This document shows, one piece after another, positions 37,428 through 44,400 of a stretch of DNA of 64,000 bases (position 1 is the first letter of the stretch; each line of letters opens with the position of its first letter). Origin of the DNA: a virus; IMG/VR virus record IMGVR_UViG_3300046168_000050; one strand, 5' to 3'. The position numbers and the translations under genes are program-made. Under the pieces are notes generated by a model. That model had not been told where the DNA came from. It worked only from the letters and a program-made list of their open reading frames with translations, and ran no database searches.

Positions 37428-37620
37428 AAACTCCTTTCCTCATACGCCCCTAGTATATCCAATCACTTCCGCACGGCCTTATTGACGTTGCCGCTCTAGT
37501 TTGATTGAAACTAATATCTCCACGTTTTCACGACACTGATATTTCACAGGCGAATTATTCTCGCGAGATTGTGTTTTCAGGTGGCCTGCCCTCTGCACGG
37601 ACGTATGAGGAAAAGAGTCT
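37428..37620 (-). ncRNA. Candidate structured RNA / cis-regulatory element (193 nt)
   Basis: 22-bp closing helix (37620-37599 with 37449-37428, 3 G-U pairs, no mismatches on the minus strand); internal hairpins with GNRA loops; fills the intergenic gap. Confidence 0.7.
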
Positions 37621-37625
37621 AAGAC

Positions 37626-37895
37626 TCAATCCCAATCGTTGTCGTAACGAGTTGTTTCAAACATTGTTTCGCCATAGTATTCTTTGGCGTATTTAGATGC
37701 ATCAGTCCAGTGATACATGTTAGACTCTTTAGGAATGTCAAGATCTTTTTTCTTACGAGAAACAGGCTTGGCGCGAGAGATAACTGATGCAGACTGTTTA
37801 CGGATCTTAGACATTTTTTTCTTACGCTCAGCGATTTCTTTGATGAGAGCAAGACGATCAGATTGAGTAGTTGCAGTTTTCATAGTATTCTCCAT
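37626..37895 (-). CDS. Hypothetical early protein
   Basis: Follows an early promoter; SD GGAG precedes MKTATT (start 37883 or 37895). Confidence 0.6.
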   Translation of the reverse strand: MENTMKTATTQSDRLALIKEIAERKKKMSKIRKQSASVISRAKPVSRKKKDLDIPKESNMYHWTDASKYAKEYYGETMFETTRYDNDWD

Positions 37896-37908
37896 AATTA
37901 ATAAAACC

Positions 37909-37968
37909 ATTCTACACTATTAAAAACGGTTTGTACACCTTTTTGTTTTGTTTAAAATCAATAACTTA
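37909..37968 (-). promoter_or_regulatory. Early-type promoter TGTACA-N17-TAGAAT with IHF-like box
   Basis: -10 at 37914-37909, -35 at 37937-37932; AATCAAtaacTTA at 37956-37968. Confidence 0.75.
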
Positions 37969-38196
37969 TCATTTTTTTTCTAAAATAAATGCACCTTCCG
38001 GTGAAGTCCATGCTGACATTAATTTTAGATACATCATATCAGTCAAAGCTATAACTTGAAATCTGTCATCCTTTTCATTCCACTGGCGAATATAAACTAC
38101 ATCGTCATAAAGAAAAACCGAAACGTCATCGTATTTTCCTTTATCGTCTAAGATTGTAATGAGTGTTTCGTCCTCATCAAATTCAACTGTATACAT
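37969..38196 (-). CDS. Hypothetical acidic protein
   Basis: MYTVEFD.DET.IT.LD....DV.......VYIRQW pattern seen in marine phages. Confidence 0.6.
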   Translation of the reverse strand: MYTVEFDEDETLITILDDKGKYDDVSVFLYDDVVYIRQWNEKDDRFQVIALTDMMYLKLMSAWTSPEGAFILEKK

Positions 38197-38290
38197 TCCA
38201 CACCACTGCTATATAGTGAGCATCAAGGTGATCTCGATACTCAATTGCTTTGTAAAGACAATCAAAGATTTTATCGTTAACCTTTATCAT
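38183..38290 (-). CDS. 35-aa hypothetical peptide (not in ORF track)
   Basis: ATG overlaps the upstream TGA; MIKVNDKIFDCLYKAIEYRDHLDAHYIAVVWNVYS; fills the gap. Confidence 0.45.
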   Translation of the reverse strand: MIKVNDKIFDCLYKAIEYRDHLDAHYIAVVWNVYS

Positions 38291-38517
38291 CCCCAATCTT
38301 TTCTATCTTCTTCGTTATCATAACCATACATGTAGGCTTCGATCTCACCTACAGTCATGTTATCTTTTCCAACACGTTCAGATTGATATGTAGAACCAAC
38401 ATAATAATGAGGATCTTCTGGCCGGCCGTAATAGGCATCTGCACTACCACGATCTTGAGGTGAACCGTGACGAGGAAGTTTATTCCAACCTTTTACAATT
38501 ACATCTAGATCATACAT
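38287..38517 (-). CDS. Conserved hypothetical protein
   Basis: RHGSP.DRG.AD.YY.R...PHYY.G....EI..Y..GY....D.KDWG family. Confidence 0.7.
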   Translation of the reverse strand: MYDLDVIVKGWNKLPRHGSPQDRGSADAYYGRPEDPHYYVGSTYQSERVGKDNMTVGEIEAYMYGYDNEEDRKDWG

Positions 38518-38936
38518 TATGCTGCCTCCTTATAATCGACAACGGCAGCTAAATCTTTAACTAGCTGTTTACCATATTGAGTAAACAAAATACCTTGTTC
38601 CCACACAAAGTGTTCAACATCTTGAATGTGATAGAAGGTTTCAGTACTAGTCATCCACAAAAGAGCGTTGGTACGATTACCGGCACCAAGCTCGATAACA
38701 TCTTTAAGACGAGCTTCGAACTTTTCGATAGCAACTACTTCAGCCGATTGCTCGGCTTTAGTATTTTCTTCAAGTTGCTCACACAGAGCATCCCAAAGAT
38801 TTTGCTTTGTTTCATCATCAAACGCTAGAAGGTTTTTCATGAAAATTGCAGAAGGACGGAAGCCATGAACATCTTTATGAAGGTCTGACCAAAGATCATC
38901 TGAGTAAGTAAATTCCATTGTGTTTCTCCTTATCAT
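38517..38936 (-). CDS. Hypothetical early protein
   Basis: SDLHKD.HGFRP motif; SD AGGAG before MEFTY (start probably 38918). Confidence 0.65.
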   Translation of the reverse strand: MIRRNTMEFTYSDDLWSDLHKDVHGFRPSAIFMKNLLAFDDETKQNLWDALCEQLEENTKAEQSAEVVAIEKFEARLKDVIELGAGNRTNALLWMTSTETFYHIQDVEHFVWEQGILFTQYGKQLVKDLAAVVDYKEAA

Positions 38937-38942
38937 ATATAC

Positions 38943-38999
38943 ATCCTACACTATTACGAATCGTTTGTACATAAAAAAATGCGGAAAATCAAAACTTTG
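38943..38999 (-). promoter_or_regulatory. Early-type promoter TGTACA-N17-TAGGAT with IHF-like box
   Basis: -10 at 38948-38943, -35 at 38971-38966; AATCAAaactTTG at 38987-38999. Confidence 0.7.
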
Positions 39000-39011
39000 T
39001 TTTCAATGAAA

Positions 39012-39584
39012 TCAACTAGTTAGCATTTTCTCAGAAAACCATTCCGGAACATCACGCTTAGACCATACCATTTTAAACCGATCTTGCTTTGTTTGATAGT
39101 ATTCTTTATAGGATCTAACAGGATCATCTTTATGAATACACTGTGGTTCATGCTGCATGGCAAGAGCAAATGGAGTATAGAGATTTGACCATGTTGTGCC
39201 ACTCGGCGGTTTTCGTAATGTTTTTCGAAGCAGAATATCAGTGGCATGAACTTTACCATAGCGATATTTGTACTCATCGCATAAAGCTACGAAGTGTTTG
39301 TAATGCCATTCATAGTTAGCATTTGTCTGCATAGTCCATACCGTACACGGGTGCCCGTGGTGTACAGCTTTATATAGGGTATTTTCCAGTGATAATTTAG
39401 GATGCACCCAATATTTGACCATGCGCTTGCCTGACTTAGATGGACGTAACTCCATATAACCATCGAGCATCCTGTGCGCTGTGGATAGCATCTGTGCTGA
39501 TTCTACAATCATTTTGACTACATGCTTGTCGCATTGTAGTACTGCGGCTTCTACGGGGTCTGTTGACAATATAAAAATATTCAT
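39012..39584 (-). CDS. Pyrimidine-dimer DNA glycosylase (DenV/Pyr_excise)-like protein
   Basis: MNIF.L..DP..AA...CDKHVVKM..E.AQ.LST.H, H..HPC..W, L..EY..RYGK.H, P.W. Confidence 0.75.
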   Translation of the reverse strand: MNIFILSTDPVEAAVLQCDKHVVKMIVESAQMLSTAHRMLDGYMELRPSKSGKRMVKYWVHPKLSLENTLYKAVHHGHPCTVWTMQTNANYEWHYKHFVALCDEYKYRYGKVHATDILLRKTLRKPPSGTTWSNLYTPFALAMQHEPQCIHKDDPVRSYKEYYQTKQDRFKMVWSKRDVPEWFSEKMLTS

Positions 39585-39590
39585 AAAATT

Positions 39591-39619
39591 ATTCTACACT
39601 ATTTTTTTATTATTGTACA
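39591..39619 (-). promoter_or_regulatory. Early-type promoter TGTACA-N17-TAGAAT
   Basis: -10 at 39596-39591, -35 at 39619-39614. Confidence 0.7.
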
Positions 39620-39815
39620 TATTAAAATGTCTTGCGCAAGCTAAATTAGTTTGCTTATCAGACCAATTAAAAAACTTAGATACCTCAGATAGTATCTTCT
39701 TTTTGCTTGGTTCTTTCCCGTTCCACTTTGAAATCTTTTCCCATAGTATCTTGTCTATGTCTATCCAGTTCATTTCTTTCACGTTCTTCTTTGAGTTTCC
39801 TCTTGATATATTCAT
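39594..39815 (-). CDS. Hypothetical protein
   Basis: 73 aa with SD GGAGAG. Confidence 0.45.
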   Translation of the reverse strand: MNISRGNSKKNVKEMNWIDIDKILWEKISKWNGKEPSKKKILSEVSKFFNWSDKQTNLACARHFNMYNNKKIV

Positions 39816-39844
39816 GATATCTCTCCTGCATAATGTCTCTTTCT

Positions 39845-39852
39845 TATAAATA
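39845..39852 (+). promoter_or_regulatory. T4-type late promoter TATAAATA
   Basis: Exact match just before the lone plus-strand gene 39866..40249. Confidence 0.8.
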
Positions 39853-39865
39853 CAAATGAAAAGGA

Positions 39866-40249
39866 ATGGGGGATAATATGGCTAAAGCTAAAATGATGGA
39901 AGCAGATTCCATCTACGCACATCTAGACACCGACGGTGATGGAATTATTACTGACGAAGAAATGGCTCGCGCAAAAGAAATTGCAGAGTGGGAACATAAA
40001 AAGAAAATGCAAGAGAACGAAGATGCTAAGGAAGACCAAATAAGGTCTATGGCTTGGTTTGCTTTATGGGGCATGCTTCTTTATCCTGTGCTTATTCTAC
40101 TTACTAGTATATTAGGCGTCGACAGTGCTGCTAAAATAGTAGGTGATATTGCTCCTACATACTTTGTAGCAATTGCCGGTCTTGTAGCTGCGTTCTTTGG
40201 AGCCCAAGCCTATTCAAAAGGAAAAGGCCCCAAAGAAGATAAGAAGTAA
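39866..40249 (+). CDS. EF-hand plus two-TM membrane protein (holin-like candidate)
   Basis: DTDGDGIITDEE EF-hand loop, two hydrophobic helices and a basic C-tail. Start may be 39878. Confidence 0.7.
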   Translation: MGDNMAKAKMMEADSIYAHLDTDGDGIITDEEMARAKEIAEWEHKKKMQENEDAKEDQIRSMAWFALWGMLLYPVLILLTSILGVDSAAKIVGDIAPTYFVAIAGLVAAFFGAQAYSKGKGPKEDKK

Positions 40250-40744
40250 TTACTTTTTCTTTTTATCCATTTTAGCCTGAGCAGCATCAACATCGGCCTG
40301 AGAGATTACGCCTTCAGCTATAAGGCGTGCTCTATTCACCATATGAGCTGCTTGGGTTTCTTCTTTACTGCCACCGAAGTATGGCACGCAATGGCCTTCT
40401 AATTCCATAATCTCTGTCACGCGTTTCATTTCACCGTGGTAGTCTACTTCAAAATCTCCAAGAATGCGGCCAAACTTACCCTTCATGTCTTCGCCATGCT
40501 TATCTTCCGTCGTGATAAGTTTTCCGCCGTGCTTCATAAGCTCCTTTAAACGTGCTTTAGCAGCTTCACCAAATAAGTCTTCAACTTTATCAGACGTACG
40601 AGACTCAGGCGTATCAATACCCATTACTCTCACGCGCTCATCTTTTAAGCAAATACCAAAACCTAGATCAATATCCACATCAACGGTATCACCATCAACA
40701 ACTTTTATTACAGTTACATCGTACTTATTCTGATTCATTTTCAT
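40250..40744 (-). CDS. Thermonuclease (SNase-like) family protein
   Basis: KVVDGDTVD..IDLGF......RVR..GIDTPESRT...GKFGRILG. Confidence 0.88.
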   Translation of the reverse strand: MKMNQNKYDVTVIKVVDGDTVDVDIDLGFGICLKDERVRVMGIDTPESRTSDKVEDLFGEAAKARLKELMKHGGKLITTEDKHGEDMKGKFGRILGDFEVDYHGEMKRVTEIMELEGHCVPYFGGSKEETQAAHMVNRARLIAEGVISQADVDAAQAKMDKKKK

Positions 40745-40786
40745 AGTTTAACCTATCTTTATTATTATGATTAAACTATATTTATC

Positions 40787-40812
40787 AAAAAGGGGGCTTC
40801 TGCAGAGCCCCC
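40787..40812 (-). terminator. Rho-independent terminator
   Basis: GGGGGC-UCUGCAGAA-GCCCCC followed by UUUUU. Confidence 0.8.
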
Positions 40813-40948
40813 CTTCCTATCTGCATTTAACGTATGCAGCAACCGTCTGGGTTTCCTGGTACCAGATCGTATACCAACCTAAACACCGCTCGAGCGTTTA
40901 ACGTGAATAGGGTTTAGTTGAGTACGTTTGCGATATTGCAGGCTTTCC
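40813..40948 (-). ncRNA. Candidate structured small RNA downstream of the tRNA
   Basis: ORF-free and GC-richer; several nested helices (CAAC/GUUG, CUAAAC/GUUUAG, UCUGG/CCAGA, CUGCAU/AUGCAG) ending at the terminator. Confidence 0.45.
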
Positions 40949-41182
40949 TCATTCGCCTTCCAGCAGTTGGATTCTCTCTTGGAGACTCTCCTGCTGAACT
41001 ACTTGACGAGCTCTGAATGCAGCATAAGCTACTGCTAGATCTACATGCTGCTCGTCTATTCTATTCATTTCCTCATCGACACGGGCGATATATGCACCAA
41101 GAGCTTTGTTGTGGTTATCCACTTTCTTGATGTACTCACCCATACCGTACATAGACAAAAACCAAATTATTGCTACTTCCAT
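40949..41182 (-). CDS. Hypothetical protein (signal/TM plus coiled coil)
   Basis: SD AAGGAG immediately after the tRNA CCA. Confidence 0.55.
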   Translation of the reverse strand: MEVAIIWFLSMYGMGEYIKKVDNHNKALGAYIARVDEEMNRIDEQHVDLAVAYAAFRARQVVQQESLQERIQLLEGE

Positions 41183-41197
41183 TTAGTTTCTCCTTAT

Positions 41198-41274
41198 TGG
41201 CGAACACGGAAGGATTCGAACCCTCGACCTAGTGCTTAGAAGGCACTTGCTCTATCCAGCTGAGCTACGTGTCC
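41198..41274 (-). tRNA. tRNA-Arg (anticodon UCU)
   Basis: GGACACG acceptor, D arm AGCTCAGCTGGATAGAGC, anticodon arm AGTGC-CTTCTAA-GCACT, T loop GGTTCGAATCC, encoded CCA; 77 nt. Confidence 0.97.
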
Positions 41275-41280
41275 ATTATA

Positions 41281-41472
41281 TTATTCAGTTGGCTTTACGA
41301 GCTGCCAACAAACATTACCATCTCCATCTACAAGAGCTAGAGTTCCTTCACCAGGAGGACGACAATTTGGATTAATCATCTCCCACTGATAACCTTCTTG
41401 TTGCTGCTGATGAGAAAGAGCAAAGAACTCTTGGTTATCATGAGCAAACAACGCTAAAATTATTACAATCAT
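41281..41472 (-). CDS. Small secreted-type hypothetical protein
   Basis: Hydrophobic N-terminus and two Cys. Confidence 0.5.
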   Translation of the reverse strand: MIVIILALFAHDNQEFFALSHQQQQEGYQWEMINPNCRPPGEGTLALVDGDGNVCWQLVKPTE

Positions 41473-41480
41473 TTTCTACC

Positions 41481-41921
41481 TTACCTTTCAAACGGCACTA
41501 CATATCGTTTGCCGTCAATATAAAATCTTATAGTCGAGTGACTATATACACTTACATTAGAATTCTGATACACGACAACATCACTACATTGTCTTTGAAG
41601 TTCATATCCAGTTACCTTAGCACCTTTAGCCGATTCGTTGGCTACGATAGCACCACCAAGAGCACCAATCGCAGCACCACTGTCTTTACCAGATGCAGTA
41701 CCACCAATAAGACCACCTAAGATTGCGCCAAGTAATACATCACCCCCAGAGGCTTGACCGCCTTGCTGATAAATAGGAACTTGCACATCTTGGCATCGCC
41801 GTTCAGATACAGGAACGGATTGCGTTACAGTTTTTTTATGGTCAAAGACTTTAATATTAGTTACTTCTGCAGAAACAGAAGTAGCAGCTAAAACCGCTGC
41901 AGCAGTAATTAAATATTTCAT
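41481..41921 (-). CDS. Glycine-zipper 2TM (YcfJ-like) exported protein
   Basis: Signal peptide, C....VP.Y, LLGAILGGLIG.....GAAIGALGGA, GY....QC. Confidence 0.8.
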   Translation of the reverse strand: MKYLITAAAVLAATSVSAEVTNIKVFDHKKTVTQSVPVSERRCQDVQVPIYQQGGQASGGDVLLGAILGGLIGGTASGKDSGAAIGALGGAIVANESAKGAKVTGYELQRQCSDVVVYQNSNVSVYSHSTIRFYIDGKRYVVPFER

Positions 41922-42106
41922 CTATTATATTCCTCATTAAGAGATGTTACAAGTTCAATTGCCACATCTACGTCAGTTGAATTAAGAGCAGGTAAATCGC
42001 CCGCATACAGTTGAACAGTAAGACATTCATGAATATCTTCGGCAGTGATATGCTGCTTATCATACAACGAAGCAAATATTTGCATAGCTATCTCAGATGG
42101 TCTCAT
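41918..42106 (-). CDS. Hypothetical protein
   Basis: Start moved to MRPSEIA (SD GGAG). Confidence 0.5.
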   Translation of the reverse strand: MRPSEIAMQIFASLYDKQHITAEDIHECLTVQLYAGDLPALNSTDVDVAIELVTSLNEEYNR

Positions 42107-42332
42107 CTGCAATCTCCATTCCAGTAAATCCTTCTTGAGTCCAGCCACGATGCCTAGCATGTGCATCAACGATATGCGTATATTGTGACATAGGCCACAT
42201 ACCTTCTTTTTGAGCCCATTGCTTCATGTCTCTTTGAACCATGCAAGACTGATCACCTTGAACAGGTGAGGCTTCAAGGCGATTGATTTCTTCTTCGGCA
42301 ATATCAAAGCCATTACGAGTTGATTGAATCAT
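42093..42332 (-). CDS. Hypothetical protein
   Basis: Coupled ORF (TAATG). Confidence 0.55.
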   Translation of the reverse strand: MIQSTRNGFDIAEEEINRLEASPVQGDQSCMVQRDMKQWAQKEGMWPMSQYTHIVDAHARHRGWTQEGFTGMEIADETI

Positions 42333-42532
42333 TACACTGCCCTCTTAGCTGCAAGAAATTGATCTGCCATATCGTCAAAGAACGAATTAAAGTTTTCACC
42401 TAATTTTTCTATCCAGCCATCCAAAGCTAAATCAGACTCAACATAGTTCCATATAACCGTTCCGTCTTCAGTCTGGTTAACATAGTTATTACATGCTTTT
42501 TCAAAGGCGGTTACAAATTCAGAATCAAACAT
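42332..42532 (-). CDS. Hypothetical protein
   Basis: N...DG...WN.VE.D motif; coupled ORF. Confidence 0.6.
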   Translation of the reverse strand: MFDSEFVTAFEKACNNYVNQTEDGTVIWNYVESDLALDGWIEKLGENFNSFFDDMADQFLAAKRAV

Positions 42533-42606
42533 TATAAGATAGCTCCTATTGCAAAGAAAAGACCGGCAATGGTCATGCCATTAAGAAGTGTATTGAGGCT
42601 AAACAT
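42532..42606 (-). CDS. 24-aa hydrophobic peptide (not in ORF track)
   Basis: MFSLNTLLNGMTIAGLFFAIGAIL; TAATG overlaps at both ends; SD GAGG. Confidence 0.55.
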   Translation of the reverse strand: MFSLNTLLNGMTIAGLFFAIGAIL

Positions 42607-42863
42607 TAAGCCGCCTCACATACGTTGTTCATGATACGGTTAAAAAGCTTTTTAGCTCCATCGTCATCAGCGAAACCTTCATCAGATGCAAAATCCATAT
42701 CTGAAGAAAAATAACAATCAGAAGCAATACCGTAACGCTCTACCAAATATACACCATCAGCAGTATCATCTGCACGACGTTCGATTTCACCTTCAGCGGT
42801 TTGAATACGAAAGCTAAGACCAGCGTTACAAGCATTTACAAAGTTGATTCCGAATTTTGACAT
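42606..42863 (-). CDS. Hypothetical early protein
   Basis: SD GGAG; directly after an early promoter; SS.MDFA...GF motif. Confidence 0.65.
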   Translation of the reverse strand: MSKFGINFVNACNAGLSFRIQTAEGEIERRADDTADGVYLVERYGIASDCYFSSDMDFASDEGFADDDGAKKLFNRIMNNVCEAA

Positions 42864-42887
42864 TGTTTTTCTCCATTTGATATAACC

Positions 42888-42967
42888 ATACTACACTATT
42901 CCAAATCATTTGTACACAGTTAATTTAGCTTTTTTCAAACTTTGTTTCGTTTGTTTTCAATAACTTA
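42888..42967 (-). promoter_or_regulatory. Early-type promoter TGTACA-N17-TAGTAT with IHF-like box
   Basis: -10 at 42893-42888, -35 at 42916-42911; TTTCAAtaacTTA at 42955-42967. Confidence 0.7.
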
Positions 42968-43108
42968 TCCGTGCTCAAAACGGGCATATGAAAGTGGTAC
43001 AATCTCTTTTTTATTTTTTTCCTTTTTAGTGTTGGAGTTATCGCTTTTAATCCATCCAGTCAAGCTTGCTGCTTCAATGCCATCACAAGGATCGTCGCTA
43101 TCTGCCAT
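42965..43108 (-). CDS. 47-aa hypothetical protein (not in ORF track)
   Basis: MADSDDPCDGIE...; SD GAGGT; overlaps the upstream stop. Confidence 0.45.
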   Translation of the reverse strand: MADSDDPCDGIEAASLTGWIKSDNSNTKKEKNKKEIVPLSYARFEHG

Positions 43109-43406
43109 CTTTACCTCTTAAATCCGCTAATGCATATTTAACCCGGCTGGGATACTCTCCTAAAAAAGTGCCTGCTTCTAACATATCTTTACTTATAAGC
43201 TCTTTATGCATATGTTCTACTTTATCCCAATCTTTTAGCATTTTATTTGCCAGTCTGTCAAAATAGCTATCTGATAATATAGGACGATCTTGTTCATAAT
43301 ATGCATATGCAGCCATAAGGTACCATGGTACTGTCATATTAATATTATCGTCAATTAGATCTCCACAATGTTTATCAAATATTTCATTCTTTTTACGTGC
43401 GGCCAT
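43098..43406 (-). CDS. Stand-alone NAD-dependent DNA ligase domain Ia-like protein
   Basis: AYAYYEQDRPILSDSYFDRL matches the LigA Ia motif YY..D.P..SD..(Y/F)D.L. Confidence 0.7.
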   Translation of the reverse strand: MAARKKNEIFDKHCGDLIDDNINMTVPWYLMAAYAYYEQDRPILSDSYFDRLANKMLKDWDKVEHMHKELISKDMLEAGTFLGEYPSRVKYALADLRGKDGR

Positions 43407-43770
43407 AGTAAGCCTCCGTTAGTTGTTTCTCCTTCGCAAGCGCTTCAATTTCATGTGGTCTTTCATCATATGGCAAATCATAGTACATCTCTTCTTTATG
43501 AAGATATTGTTTGACATGAACGAGTTCATGTAAAAGTGTTGCTACGATTTCATTTTGGGGAAGGGTTGTATCAAAGCGAATCGTAAAGTCACGATCATCT
43601 TCATACATGCAGTCGCCATATACTCCTCTATTGCGCATTGCAATAATATTTATATAAACGTGCTTATGACGAGGAAATAATTTTTTTCGACCGAACTCTA
43701 GTACGTCACAGATTAGATCCTGAAATTTTACGGATTTTATATTTTGGAATTCAACTATCATCATAGGCAT
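43393..43770 (-). CDS. HExxH zinc metallopeptidase-like protein
   Basis: TLLHELVHVKQY...Y..RP.EIEA. Confidence 0.75.
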   Translation of the reverse strand: MPMMIVEFQNIKSVKFQDLICDVLEFGRKKLFPRHKHVYINIIAMRNRGVYGDCMYEDDRDFTIRFDTTLPQNEIVATLLHELVHVKQYLHKEEMYYDLPYDERPHEIEALAKEKQLTEAYYGRT

Positions 43771-43771
43771 A

Positions 43772-43800
43772 ATTCTACACTACCTAACAATATTTGTACA
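43772..43800 (-). promoter_or_regulatory. Early-type promoter TGTACA-N17-TAGAAT
   Basis: -10 at 43777-43772, -35 at 43800-43795. Confidence 0.7.
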
Positions 43801-43803
43801 CCA

Positions 43804-44400
43804 TTATTTTGTTACAATCTCAACATTTTCGCCTTTAGGAAATTTAAGTTTATCATGATTGTGGTGAAGTACAAATTGCGTGTCCTTAAATTCTTCAAAG
43901 ATTTTTTGCCAAATAGGCCTCCAGTTATCATTGAGCCGCACGTTATTTGTAGTGCCGCGGTCTGATCCAAGATAAAAGTCCGTACAGCTTCTTAGATTCA
44001 TATCAAATAACGAATCGAACCCATATAGATGTATCTCTTTTGCCTGTAGTCTGTTTGCCGTGTAATGCGCTGCGAAATGCCCACAATTAAGATTAGTGTA
44101 ATTACCTGCATATTTTGGTAATACGGTATAAAACTCTTTTATGTGATGCCCAAACCTCATACGAAAATTATCTTTATTTTTGTCATACCAAATCTTAGGT
44201 CTAAACCCAAGCACCCAATCGCCAGGTACGGTAACAGAACCGTCAGTGATAGCCATGCACATTTTAAAATCTACTATGCAAGTTGTATAGCAGTTTTCTA
44301 CCGTAAATGGAGGAAGATTGCACGTAATTTTAAGGCCCTTGGCTGGTTTGTACATAGGAGCATTATCACCGTTACCAATAATATGAGCAACTCTAGTCAT
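43804..44400 (-). CDS. Maf/DUF115/CstII-like glycosyltransferase-fold protein
   Basis: HIIGNG...ITCN...VD...N.G..A......KEIHLYGFD pattern. Confidence 0.55.
   Translation of the reverse strand: MTRVAHIIGNGDNAPMYKPAKGLKITCNLPPFTVENCYTTCIVDFKMCMAITDGSVTVPGDWVLGFRPKIWYDKNKDNFRMRFGHHIKEFYTVLPKYAGNYTNLNCGHFAAHYTANRLQAKEIHLYGFDSLFDMNLRSCTDFYLGSDRGTTNNVRLNDNWRPIWQKIFEEFKDTQFVLHHNHDKLKFPKGENVEIVTK

Noticed and set aside
37428-37620. MITE/transposon, RNase P or SAM-I riboswitch reading of the element
   Set aside because: No target-site duplication, and the arm differences are all G-U compatible on one strand. It is too short for RNase P and lacks its GAGGAAAGUCC and terminal motifs. The SAM-I core is not matched.
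37505-37696. 63-aa plus-strand ORF across the structured RNA
   Set aside because: Weak TTG start, opposite to the operon and no motif; the region is better explained as RNA structure.
37015-42863. Several small ORFs ending in EAA (possible ClpXP degrons)
   Set aside because: Explained more simply by the GAGGC SD of the next coupled gene (GAG GCN GCN TAA TG); a degron role is unsupported.
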